DNA from: Paragordius varius
Lineage: Eukaryota; Animalia; Nematomorpha
Length of the DNA stretch: 64,000 bases
Assembly: GCA_964247055.1 (NCBI GenBank)
Contig: OZ176051.1
Span: 9,858,001 to 9,922,000, forward strand
Direction: 5' to 3'
Below are positions 11,813-24,700 of this stretch, piece after piece. The notes under the pieces are model-generated. The model was not told where the DNA came from, did not search any database, and was given only the letters and a program-made list of their open reading frames with translations. Numbering within the stretch: position 1 is the first letter of the stretch; the number at the start of each line of letters is the position of its first letter. A program made the translations under genes and the position numbers.

Positions 11813-14800
11813 TTAAATGTATCTTTTTAATTTTGAATCAGCGGCTGAAACCATAACTATGTTGCACCAAATATTGACAGATGTTCTAAGTCGATCCCTA
11901 TAATATATAGAAATTACAATTGAGGCGTAACAAAATTTGGGTTACGGTTGAACCTATAACTTCAAAATTTATTTTATATTATGTAATGCATATTGGGCAT
12001 TTAGCAAAATTTTAACACGTTTTTATATGATAACATTTTTAATACTTTAAATTTCGAGAAATAGCTCTTGCACGTTAATCATGCATTCTTATTATAGCAT
12101 ATAATTTTTAATATTTAAATTGTAAAATATAATTTATAACTAAACGATTGTCTTGTTGTTATGTATAAAAAAGGACCAAACTTTAGCAGTGGCGTACCGA
12201 GCATTTGCGACGCCCGGGGCATAAAACTCTTATAACGCCCCCCTCTTCTTTTTGAAAGCCAATAAAATTTGGTAAAACTGATTCTCCTGGGAATTTTTTT
12301 GGCTTTCTAGCACGGGTTGATATAGTAGAACCATCCCAGTTTTAACATATAATTTTAGCTTTTATATGGCTTCCTCGCAAAGTTGATTCCGAACATCTGA
12401 TAATTCAATGGTTAAGGATTCAAGATCCTTAAATTTGATTAAAATTAATTTTAGGATCTTGCAATTTATGTTGCCTATCGATTCTTCTAAGTATTTGATA
12501 CCAGAAAAAAATTAATGTTAAATTTAAAACACTCTGAAGTAAAACGGTTGCCTCACTTCTTTTTCACTAGTATTTGAAGTGTTACTTAAATCTTCTAATA
12601 ACTCTATCAAATCATCTATTCCCTCAATAATGACATTAACTGCTTGAATTCAGCACTCCATCGGGTTTATTTTTTATATGTTTCTTCTAATAGTTTAACG
12701 TGAAAATAAGATAGATATTTTCAATTATTCCGAAACAAGTCACAACAATAACATCTTGTTTTGCTACCCTGACTACTAAATTCAAGGAATGATTGTCACA
12801 ATTGACAAATATTGATCTTTTATTTTTTTCCAGAATGCCTAATATGTGACCCGACATCACAGCTGCATTCTCATAGCATTGAGATTTACAATTGATTTAG
12901 ATTTTCTAAAATTACCTTTTCAATTGAAATTGCATCTTTGTTGAATAACTGAAAAAAACCCATCAAGGTAATCAATAAACACATACCTGACAACAATTTT
13001 GTTGGTGGGCTATATCTGGCGTTAAATCAAATATAAGTCCATAATATTTACTTTTTTTATGTCATCGATCAATTTAGTTTTAACTCTTGAAGCTAAAAGA
13101 TGTTTAAATTCGTTGTGGATTTTGGGTGAAGCATAGGATTAAGTGTTAAGAGATTTAATGTTTCTCTTGTGTTCTCCCATTTTTGGGTCAAATTGAGCTA
13201 CAAGTTTTAGTAAACATAAGAAGTTTCTAGGATTTGGTGCTGAGTCATCTGAATACATTAAACTTTCAACATATCCTCGAAAAGGGAGATTTTCGGTGAT
13301 TAGAATTCATGCAAAATATTCGATGTAAAATATTTCGCCATCGATCTTCCGAGTGTATGTGAGCTTCTAGAGCATAATCGATTTCTTTTTTATTTATCAA
13401 GCTTCTTTCTGCCTCTTTCCATGTAGTAACCGATGATGGAGGCTATTTTCATGATTGATTAATTTATCTTTTTTCCTCCACTATTAAAACCATGCGTAGT
13501 TATAAAAGATGATGGTAAAGAAATAGATCGACCAAAAAGTAGGCAACGAAAACAATACGCAGATCTGTTCTTTATTGAATATAAAAGCCAAGACCTCTCA
13601 ACTTCAAATCCTTCTTTTTTACCGACACGAAAAACCAAGATTGGGGCATTGAACAATGATTTTTTGTTTCAAAGAGATTGCATTTATTTTGAAAGCCTCG
13701 AGATCCACGAATAATTAATCATTTCTGTGCGAAGTTGATTAGATATTACGGGAACATTATTAGTAAAAGGCGACACAATTAAACTCTATAGGTATAGCGC
13801 TTGGAACTACTAATGGTATATTTGTAGTTATTTCATCTCTAAACATTGGATCTCAATAAATAGAGTTTCCAGTGTTTTTAAGTTATTATTATAGAGGTAC
13901 CGTTATGTTTGTGTCGCACACACTCTTTTTAATTTTATGGTTAGATATTTCCGTTAAATAAGATTTCATACTCATTCGCATTTTATTGTTTCATTCTCCT
14001 TCTGGATTTTTCGTTTCCTATTAGCGTAACCGCTGAGTTTAGGCACTGATATCTGACAAAATGAAAGTATTATATAAGATACAAGGCTAGATTATTAATA
14101 AAAACATCTTGTTAGAGATGGAATGATCTTAGGAATTTAAATAAATGAAATTGGGTTTTGAAATTAAATATGATTAAAATATTGCAATTATAAATTATAA
14201 GAATAAGAGATAAGGTTTGAAAGAGAAGTCATATTAATTTAATAAAGGCATAAAAGAATTAACAATATGTGCGTGTAAAGAAACGGTTTTTTAAGCCAAA
14301 AAAAATTTGCACATGTTGAAGGGAGTACCTACATGAAAGTTGTTTTTTGCATAATGTTTGCTCTTGATATCATTCATATAATTTTATATTATTTTAGAGA
14401 TTATTACGTAAATTGCTGAAAAATCTTACTTGAAAGTTGCTATTAATTTTGCAATATTTATATTTAATTAAAAATCATTTAGGCGCCCCTAAATAACGGC
14501 GCCCGGAGCATGATGCACCCCCTTAACCCCCCCCCCCCCCCCCCCTCGGTACGCCACTGAACTTTAGCTCATTTGCATCTTAAACTTTAATTTAATAAAC
14601 ATTTAGTGATCTTGGTAGCTTTATACCCGGGGTTATTTGTTTAACTAACTAAAAAACTATTATTAGTATTGAGCCAAATATATTAATATGCTTTCTTTAG
14701 CCTTATAGACGTAAAATACAAAAAACCTAAAAATGTAAAATCCTCACCTCAAACTTTTTCGACGCCATTTTTCTTTAAATTTTTGAATCGCTATGCAGGA

Positions 14801-16252
14801 TTAATGTATATCATGATAAGAAAACGTAAGTAACTTTAATTTGGCTGATATTTAATACAATAAATATCTTTAACTGAAATGGAAAAAGATGAATTACGGC
14901 AAATATGAAAAATATAATATTATTTTTTACAAAAGCCAATCAACCACAATCACACTATCAATGGCTGATTTGGGGAGGCTCGATACTTCGATTACAATCC
15001 CAGCAGCTGTAATTCCTGCAAAAGGAATCCCCGCTGTTCCCATGCTAATTGCAGTTGCCGTTACTCTGTTTTGATATGGAAAATAGAGCTATCCATATAT
15101 TTTTTATAAACAAAGTTTGCTATTAAAATTTAAATTTTCTATTGATTCAATAATAAAAGTAATAAAAAGAAAGATATGGATATGCTTACACAATTGTAAT
15201 AAGTTGTGAGATGGATAAAACATGCCCAATTTTTTTAGCTGCAAAACAAGCCACAAACACTATGAAAAATGTTGTACCATTTTTGTTGAGAATGTTACCA
15301 AAGGTACAAGCAAATTGTGAAATGCGTGAATCGACATCTGTGTCAATGCACGCTTTTATAGTGTAAGGAAGGCAAGAAGTGCTATCATAAAAAATTTATA
15401 TAAAATTAATTTTATCGTCTAACAAAACCGTATTTTTTGCAGAATAAGTTAATTTGGCCCTATAAGCACCTATATGAGATATTTGAATAATGATTTGTCA
15501 ATGCACTTCGGTATATATATTTTTATTCATAAACAAAAGTTTTTGAAATGGAGTAAATTGCCAAAGTGTGTTTTTCAATCATATTTGTCATGTCTGCCAA
15601 ACACCTGTGCCTCATAAATCACGCAATAAGACACGTAAAATTTGGTCTAACCCTTTAAACGTTGGATGAAACAGTAAAATTAGTTATACTTAGCGTTTTC
15701 GACTGGTTATGAATCTCTTTATGACCACATTGTAAAATTTTATAAGCATAAGCAGTAAAAAACCTTTAAAGATATTTAACGCCTGGTATAAAGTTTAATG
15801 GTAAAATAATGAAAATTCTGGAAATTAAGATTTTATCCTAATGTTTTTTGTGGAATTTAATATATAATGACCATTTATTAGATTAGTAATTTTGTTCATT
15901 TTTAGATTCTGCTTGGTTATGTAACTGACTGTATTTATCTAACTTTTTGATTCGTCAAAAACCTAAGTCTAGTCATAAGTTTGAAAAATATTTTTTTTAC
16001 ATAAACATATATAGACCTAGAAGCCGTTGTTAAAGCGGTAATCAAAGCTTCTTTGGAGTTCATAAATAGTTTCCATGGTTTCCTCCTTATGAGAATTATG
16101 TAGGCTGAACAAATCCCTATGGTAGCAATGATTAGGAGGCCAAAAATATTGAGTAAAAGGGCAATCATTATATCCCAAGCCGCTAATTTGATGTCACGCG
16201 TGTGGGCAATCACTTTCTCCATAATTAAACAGAAATTACCAATCGGAGATAT

Positions 16253-16294
<42 letters not shown>

Positions 16295-19200
16295 ATTTAC
16301 AATTCAAATTGACCCTCGAACAAATCAAATTCACTGAACAATTCAAATTCACCCTCGAACAATTCAAATTCACCCCTGAACAATTCAGAATCAACCCTTG
16401 AACAATTTAAAATCACCCTATAATTTAATTATGTGTTTTTGGGATAGTGTTATTCATTATTAATAATATATTTTTACGACATATTTTATAATTTATTCAG
16501 CATTATATTAATTTTAACCCATATTTTATATAAAATAAGGTAGTTCTTAATCTTAAAAAACACCTAATTTATTTTAGGTTGAATGTGAATTGTTTAAAGG
16601 TGAATTTGAGTTGTAAATGGTATATATATATATATATATATATATATCAGGGGTGGCCACACTTTTTTTGTCGCGAGCTTTTTTTGGCTTTTTTGTTAAA
16701 AAAAGAGTTCGCGGTCACCCAGAAATATTTATCAAAAAAACTCAATCAACACTTTAAATGATGTATATACCTGCTTTACAGATTAGAGCGACTTGTTTAA
16801 ACCATTTTAAAATTGTAATTTTTTTATCTATCAACCAAATACAAAAATAATTTTAATTAAAAGACAACGGGTTATTAACTACCTTAATTTTTTAACCAAC
16901 ATAAAACACTTCAAAATATTTATTTATTAAATTTCTATTATATGAAATTTTACAATATAAAAATTTAAACAATGCATTTGAAATTACAGGGGAGAATACA
17001 TTATGATACAAAAAATAAAAGAAATAAAAAATAGCATTCCAATTATAACCATAATTTGAACATAAATAAGAGTACATTAAAATTGTATCAGTTTTAATTC
17101 TATCCACATATTTTTTAGTAAATCGGCTTTTTCCTAAGCGAAAATACAACTCGATAAACATCCATATTTAATAAAGAAAAAAATATTTAAAACGCCCGAC
17201 TGCGAAAAAATTCAGAAAGTTTATCTAAATTAGGTTCAAATGAAGTCAAAGCAATTCTCAAACATGATTCTAAATGTTTATTAGTTAATGACCTCTGTTT
17301 AGTTTTGATAGCATTCATAATTGAAAAAGCCGATTCACATAAATATGTGGATCCAAAAAAAGAATTGAATAATGCAGCGGTTTTCCAAATATGGGGGTAT
17401 TTATCTTTATTTATAAATTTATATATATCTGATCCTAATGATTTTAGATGGATATCGCATTTAACATTTATTAATTCCTCTTCCAACTCTGCTAAATTTG
17501 GTACACCAAGAAAGTGGCTGAGTTTTTGAGCAATATATTCAACATTATTATTATTATTAAATGGGCATGATAAAAAAATAGCGATGTCTCCAAGTTTATT
17601 TATAGATGAAAATCGTTTTTCAAAATCATTAATAAGCAGACCAATATCATCTGCATATTTTTCAAAAGAGAGATTCTCTATTTTTTCAGACACCGCTGCC
17701 AGATTAAAAAAATGTTTTATATCTCAGTTTTTTAATTGTGTTTCTACTACTGTTAGTGTTTCCTTAAAAGATTTTAAAGCACCCATCATATCCATTATTG
17801 TTTTATCTTTTCCTTGTAATTGGATGTTTAATTTATGCAATTTTTCCGTGATATCGCATAAAAATGCAAGATCAAGCAGCCAATCTTGATCTTTCAATTC
17901 AGGGTATGAAAATTTAGAATTCTCTAAAAAAATTTCTATTTGTGGTAAAAGTTGCCTAAATCTAATTAAAAATGCGGCACGACTCAACCACCTTACATCA
18001 GTATGTAATAAAAGTTCTCCATATTCCACGCCGCATTCATTTAACAAAATTCGAAATTGGCGGCGGGACAAGCTTTTTGTTCGAATGGCGTTAACAATTT
18101 TAAAACAGGGGTTCATTACCTGATGGTATTTTAAAACTTTTGAACATAAAACTTGATTATGGATTATACAATGGTAATCAATGAACTTGGGAAATGCACT
18201 GTGATTTTTACATAAAGCGATAAAGCCGTTGTTAACGCCAATCATAGCTGGAGCTCCATCAGTAGTTATAGATGCGAGTTTTACGATGGGAAGTTCGTAT
18301 CTGTGATAAATTTATAAAAAGAATCAAAAATATCCTGCCCTCTGGTTCGTTCGTGGAGAGGTATTATAGTTAATAATTCCTCCTTTGCAGATAAATCACT
18401 AAATATCATACGAATAAAAATGCATAATTGGGCGATTCCAACATAATCAGTGGACTCATCGAGTTGCAAGGAAAAAAAATACAGTTATTAATATTTTCAT
18501 GTAAAATTTCATCAAGATTATTACTAATATCTTCAGCCATGCGCATAACGGTATTTCTCTATAAGCTTATGCTTTTAATAGCTGTCATAATATTATTTTT
18601 GTTATCAAAATTTTCAAATAAAATATCACAAGCGCTAATAAAGGCTTCTTTAAATATTTCACCATCTTGGAATGGCTTATTGTTCCGAATGAGTATTTCC
18701 GCTACCTTGAATGAAGCAATCGCAGCATTTTTATAGTCTTTGTTGTATTTAAGTATGCTATTTTGTGAGGCGGATAATTGTTCTTTTAATTCCTTTACTT
18801 TAATGTTGCGTTCTTGAGTTTGTAAGGGGTAGTTTTTGGAGTAATGTGGATGCAGAGATCTATAATGTCTTTCAATATTTGACTTTTTGGGCAAAGCAAC
18901 AGTACTATTGCATATTAGACAGGTGCATGTTTCATTTATCATAATAAAAAAGTATTCATGCTCCCAATCTTTCTTGTATCTGTACAACTTTTTTGGATTC
19001 TAAAATATAAGTTTTAAAAACCTACTTTTGGTGTATCAAATCAAATCTAACTTCACGATTATGCTTCTGATTTATGAATAAGCTTTGCTCAAAGTTTTGA
19101 TATATTCAAGGGAAATGACTGATTTTAAGTTTTAATGCAAAGCTTCAAAACATATGAATTATAATTAATAAAATAATTTTTTTACACCCTTTTCTTAGAC

Positions 19201-19372
19201 GTTTTTTTTTAATTTAAACCGTATTTTTTTGTATTTTAAATTTAAATTCGCTCAGAAGTAGCCAACTATCCGAAAAAAATCAATAAAATTTTTTAAAAAA
19301 AAAATTTTCAGGCGATCACTTTTTGAGTTGTCGCGGTCACGAAAGTGACCGCGGTCACCTCGTTGGCCACCC

Positions 19373-19431
<59 letters not shown>

Positions 19432-21048
19432 TTCTATCTTGTTACTCCTTTAAAAACCAATTTTTTACCACATAATATAATTGGCCATTTGCATTAACAT
19501 AGTATTGGCTGCAAGGAGTATATCAATGAGTGGTTTTGCCCTGACATCAAACGTCGAAAGTGTCACCCCAAACATCATGGCAACCGTGAGGATTCCAAAT
19601 AGATTTGGCCTTGCGGCTGAACCATTTTTTATTTCAATTTTTTCCACTAAGAAAAAAATTGTTGGTTTCAAAATTATTGATATAGAGTCAAATACTAGGA
19701 TTTTTGACCCGATTATAGAAATAAGAATTATTTATCCAACAAAACATTCAAAAATTTATGCATACCAAAATTTTTAAAAATATTTTTGTAATTATAATTG
19801 ACAAAATAATAAAATACATTGATCAGTTAATGCAATAACTGATTTATTTTCAGGCAGGCTTTGAAAAAATTGTAATTATTACCGGATTTATTTAAACTTG
19901 GGGACCAAACGCTTGTTTTTTTAACATCGGTTTTAAACTATTTTATTAATTATACATGGATAATTTTACTTGACGGAAAAACACTGTGATACAATGGTCT
20001 GGCATCAAATTTCTACAAAATATCAGTGAAAAAATTTATAAATCAAGCTTGATAAAATGCATTTTTGTTAAATTATCTTTTAAATTTAATCCACACCAAA
20101 TCAATCGAAAACAAATTATCACCTAAAAATGTCATAAAAGATATCGGCGACAACCCATTCTTGCGTAATTATGGCAGGTTTGAGCATTGGATTCAACGCA
20201 TAAATTGGTGATAAAAGTATATTGTAAAATAGGGAAAATATGCAAACGCAAAAACTGGAAATAAGGCACCAAGCCAGAAGCCACAAAGCTATTTTGCCAG
20301 AAAATTGTGCCGTGAACCGGCCCAAACTCACCAACAAATTTAGGAATACTAATGGAATGGAGATGAAATTCAATATGGCTATAAATAGCTGTCCGGGGAG
20401 AGCGATGAAGCGTTTTACCCGAATATCCAACTCTGGTTCTGTAATGTAAAATATGCCCCCTACATACGAAAAAAAAATAAAAGTGTGTGTTTGTGATAAA
20501 GTTTTATAGAATAATTACAACAGCATAATATCCAAAACTATATCGAATTTCCGATATGCAATTTTAATTTTGGCTTAGTAATTAACACACATTTAACAAG
20601 GACTTTTCTTAAAATTTTTAAATACTATGATTATTAATCAAAATGTCAAAAGGGGAGGTGATTGGCCAATTTTTTTATCATTTTAGATAAAATTTTAAAA
20701 AAAGGTTAAACTTTTACGATGGTTTTAGGAAATTTTCTAATAAAGTATTCAAAAAAATATTTTAATCATGAAATTTTAAATGCAAATATATTATAACTCA
20801 AATATTACAAATTTAACTTTATAATATTATTTGAATGATCGAAAACATTAAAAAATAAAGAATTAATAATTACCGATAAAAACTGTACATATTAAGCTGA
20901 TATACAGTAATCTATCCTGGTGCTTTAATGAATTGATACAATATGTTTTAACAGATGAGATTGACATAATTCGAAAAGTGTGTTCTAAAATTTTAAGGGA
21001 TACACAAAAAGAAAAATAGTTAATATATTCCTGACAAAAATCATCCAT
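11813..21048 (-). CDS. SLC1-family (EAAT/ASCT-like) amino-acid transporter, 9 exons
   Basis: Exons approx 21048-20874, 20459-20123, 20012-19970, 19937-19883, 19646-19469, 16253-16017, 15381-15196, 15066-14931, 11897-11813, joined at GT-AG sites. Motifs: LPGQLF..IPL, NLFGI..FG, IMW-ISPIG, TTASS..LP (HP1), NKNGT (TM7), ATAISMGTAGIP (HP2), VDWLLDRLRTSVN (TM8). The start codon and the exon 7/8 junction are uncertain. Confidence 0.9.
12187..14559 (-). mobile_element. hAT element with decayed, internally deleted ZMYM1/TTF-zinc-finger-type transposase, in the last SLC1 intron
   Basis: Perfect 15-bp TIR CAGTGGCGTACCGAG...CTCGGTACGCCACTG. Exact 8-bp TSD AACTTTAG. Remnant peptides RSWLLYS..AYCFRCLLF, NFLCLLKLVAQFDP and VNCDNHSLNLV on the minus strand. 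Confidence 0.9.
16293..16620. mobile_element. MITE family A, copy 2, inserted in a (TA)n tract
   Basis: TA|CCATTTACAATTCAAATT...GAGTTGTAAATGG|TA, with about six 20-bp subterminal units at the left end. Confidence 0.85.
16648..19375 (-). mobile_element. Full-length hAT (Charlie/SPIN-like) DNA transposon in an SLC1 intron
   Basis: 12-bp TIR CAGGGGTGGCCA...TGGCCACCCCTG. Flanked by ATATATAT on both sides, compatible with an 8-bp TSD inside a microsatellite. Confidence 0.92.
17187..18987 (-). pseudogene. hAT transposase of the GTF2IRD2/EPM2AIP1 type, with 2 nonsense codons and 2 single-base frameshifts
   Basis: N-terminal CLIC...RHY..H finger, LQLDESTD, TDGAPAM, HCIIH, RWLSR and the FGSTYLCESAFS dimerisation motif. 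Stops at 18559-18561 and 17724-17726. Frameshifts near 18475 and 18290. Confidence 0.9.
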
Positions 21049-21722
21049 ATATATAATTTAAAATTTAGATATCTGCAAAAATTTGCATGATATGACATTC
21101 TGAGTTACATTCACCATAAAATATTCATATTTTTAATAATGAAACCACTTTCAAATACAAATATAATTATTAAGGGTAAAAACGGATTATAATTTTGTGT
21201 TTAAATTAATGACGACACGTTCCATCCAGATAATAATTAGAATTTATGTTTTCATAACTTCCATATTTGTAAGGACAAGGGCAAAATTAGCGCAAAAATA
21301 CAATATTTTAACCATTGTAACCGTTGGTATCTCTCAGCCAAATTTTGTCTTTAATTTTGGTTTCTTATAATTTATTTTATAAATTGTTTAGTATAGTTTT
21401 ATAAATTTGTTCTCTAAAAAAATTTAGTTCGAATAATATATTGTATTATTGGTTCCGATCTTGGTTTTTAATATTTTAGTTGCAAACTTTATGAAATATT
21501 CAAATATAAAAGTTATAACATATTTATTGTGGGCAACTATATTCTTCTTGCTAGATATTTGAATACGGGAAAATGTAATAAAAATTAGCTAACACTGTAA
21601 AATTTAATATGGACCGCTACAAAAAATCTATAGTTTTGGCTCAAAAAATAACGGTTTAGGTTATAATCCCTTATAATCAATCATATTAGGTTAAATAAAT
21701 TTTGTAGGGTATTCATTTATAT

Positions 21723-24700
21723 TTATTCTTTAAACAGCTTCGAATAGATAATATATAAAATTAGAAAATTGAAAAAATGTTGAACAATGGAAATGGGTTG
21801 TCCATAAACTAAGATCACCATTTTGAATTGCTGGAGGTAAATTAGAAAGGAATCAATTAAATTATTGGGTATGTTCATTATTCCGTAAGGTTTAGATCCA
21901 ATCTCTTGCCCATAAAATTCATTTAAAGTCAAAACTTTTGCCAATTTGGAGGCCTATGTTAAAATATAATTATTTTGAGTAAATATTGATGTTCACAGTA
22001 ATATTATCAAGATACAATTTTATAAATGTAAAAACCCATAAATTCTGATAAAATTTTACTCAAATTAAATATGTTTGCAGAAATTATGGCATTTGAAAAG
22101 TAAAAATTATATAGCTACAATGTTTTTTTCATCAATTATGGTAATAGTATTCGTTAAGGCATTATTGTAAAAGTTATCTGCTATATCATTTCAAAAACGC
22201 TATCTTATTCACATATGCCAAATTATCTATTCTAGATAATGTACAATATATTTTGAAAGAAGCTAAATGTTTGAACCATATATTGATATTATTTGATACA
22301 TTTTAAAAATTTGGACATTCCTAAAACCGTGGATACCCTTCTCTTATAAAATGGTAACCGCAGAGAAAAATATTATAGTTTTATTTGAAAAAGAATGCTT
22401 AGATTGGCCTTAAAATTATCAACATTGTAACGAAGAAGTGTTTTAACTGTGGAAAATACTACTAATTAATATGAATCTTTTGAATTTGAAATTGTTTAAC
22501 GTGTAGGCAACTAACAAACTGACAAATTTGTAGCTAAAAATCTCATAATAAATAATAATTACATTATATGATATCACTCTTTCGAGCGGTCATATCCGTA
22601 AACTATTTCGCAATAGAACCTTGTCTGAGGCGTCTTAGGGTTTTAGGTTCAGTTTTGCCATGTCCCCCTAAACTGTATCTATCCATCGCGTTTAGGGGCG
22701 CCCTTTTCCCCTCTCGCCTTTCACAATATAATCATCAATATTTTTACCAATGTAATTAATCTCTTCTTTCAACATGTCCGAAACATCTTAAACGACTTAC
22801 CATCATCTTTTGCGTTACCGGTTTGATTTCCGTACTTCCTCTTTTGTAGACATTCTTCACCTTGTCATTCCTCGTTACACCGCACATCAATCTAAGCATT
22901 CTCATTTCAGTAACCTCCAAGTGCCTCTCTTCTGATTTCTTTATTGCCCATTGAGTTGTACATCATTGTTGGTTGTACAACAGTACTGTAAATCTTACCC
23001 TTTACTTTAGGGTCAATGTTTTGGTCGCACAAAACACTTGAGACCTTTTTATAATTTGCCCAACTATTTCGAATTCTTAAATTAATATCAAGCGTTAAAG
23101 AGCCATTTGCTGGTAATATCGCTCCTAAATATTTGCATCCTCCTGACCTTTTAATACCCACCCTTCTTCTAGTTCTATTTCTCGTTTTTTCCCGCCAAAA
23201 TTTATCAGTTCCGTTTTTTTTTATTAACTTTTAATCCGCATCGTCGTAATACATCAATCCATTTACCTCATAACACATTCTACAACCTTCCTTCTCCCTA
23301 TTGGCCCCTACCTCCGTGAAGCGACTGGCCGGGTCTGGCCTGCACGCCTTACAAAAAACACTCATAAAAACAAAAATACAATAAATTAGAAGAATAATAT
23401 AGATGAAAATAAATACTAAAATATATAGTAACTAATATGTAAATGCATCTAAAAAAGAATGAAAAATTTTAACCAAAAAATAATAAAAAAAAACATATTT
23501 ATAAAAATATATCAATAAATAAAAATGAAATAAAATAAAATACGCATCTTTACAACTGAGGAATTAGAATTTTGATTCGGAATATGTAATATACTTTAAA
23601 TAAAACGATAAATAGATAAAATATAAAATAAATATTATAACACTGGACAACAAATTTTAACTTTTTTTAACTGCCATTCTTGTAAATTTAAAATTTATTT
23701 CATTTAAGTACATAATTAGTGTATCTGAAAAGAAAATTGGTCTAGAATGCAAGAACTTTTTTATTAGAGTTTATCGATAATTTTTGGCCCCGATTTAACA
23801 TTGAACTCGAAGTTTCGAAAATTAAAAGTTTTAGATATGAAGCCATGTATTTTATATCATTTGAAAGAGCGCAAAAAACTGCATCTTAAATCAATCAGAT
23901 GTAAAAGTTATTTGGATTTAGATGGTCGAAATTTTCAATCCTTAAATAAGTCAAGAATTTTCACAGACAAACTAATTTGAAAATCATATAAATTATTTTA
24001 ATATATTTATTAGGGTTATATTAGTATTTAATTTAAAAAAAATGTTTGAGAAGCTTTTGGTTTGTTTTTTTAATTATAAATTAAAATTATCATAGATTTA
24101 CCTAATGGATACTAAAATGCATAGTTATAACTGTAAATTTATTGCTATAAAAGATCAAAAATACCTTAAACTTTGTTTTTATCTTTAAAATTACAAAATT
24201 ATCATTCTCGTAAAGAAAATAAATTAATATTGATGAGATGGTAATTTTTAAAAAAACAAAAACTGAAAAATGGGTTTTGAGTGACATAAAAGCAATAAAA
24301 ATGTTTTAATCAAAAAAACTTTCTTGTGTTATCTTTTTTGGACATTCATGTCCATCTAAACAAAGTTAGAGCTATTTTCATCCATTAGTTTTAAAAATAT
24401 AATAATTAAAAAAATGCTTTCGCTTCGCGCGTTTGTCGCTCATTGTTTCCAATATTAACTGTCGATTTAATACATATTAGTATGCATTTTATAGAGTTTT
24501 TATTACTCTTTCGAATAATATATTACAAATGGGTATTACTTGTATATTGAAAGAAAAACATATTTTAGTAAATTTGATAAAGAGGGCGCATAATCAAATC
24601 AATTTTTACAAAATTCTTCCATCAAATTATAATGTTTATTCGAGATTTAGTGTTAAAATGATACTAAATATCAGAAAATGCAAAAAAACTCGAGTGGCAG

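Noticed and set aside
16300-16420. Tandem 20-bp repeats as a CRISPR array
   Set aside because: The units are contiguous with no unique spacers, occur inverted at the other end of a MITE, and there are no cas genes. The context is eukaryotic.
16119-16761. Plus-strand ORFs containing YIYIYI runs (also 59893-60195)
   Set aside because: These are artefacts of (TA)n microsatellites and antisense overlap with real exons.
17305-18736. Plus-strand ORFs of 74-102 aa
   Set aside because: They are antisense shadows of the hAT transposase. The same applies to shadow ORFs over the LINEs, SLC1 and NVL.
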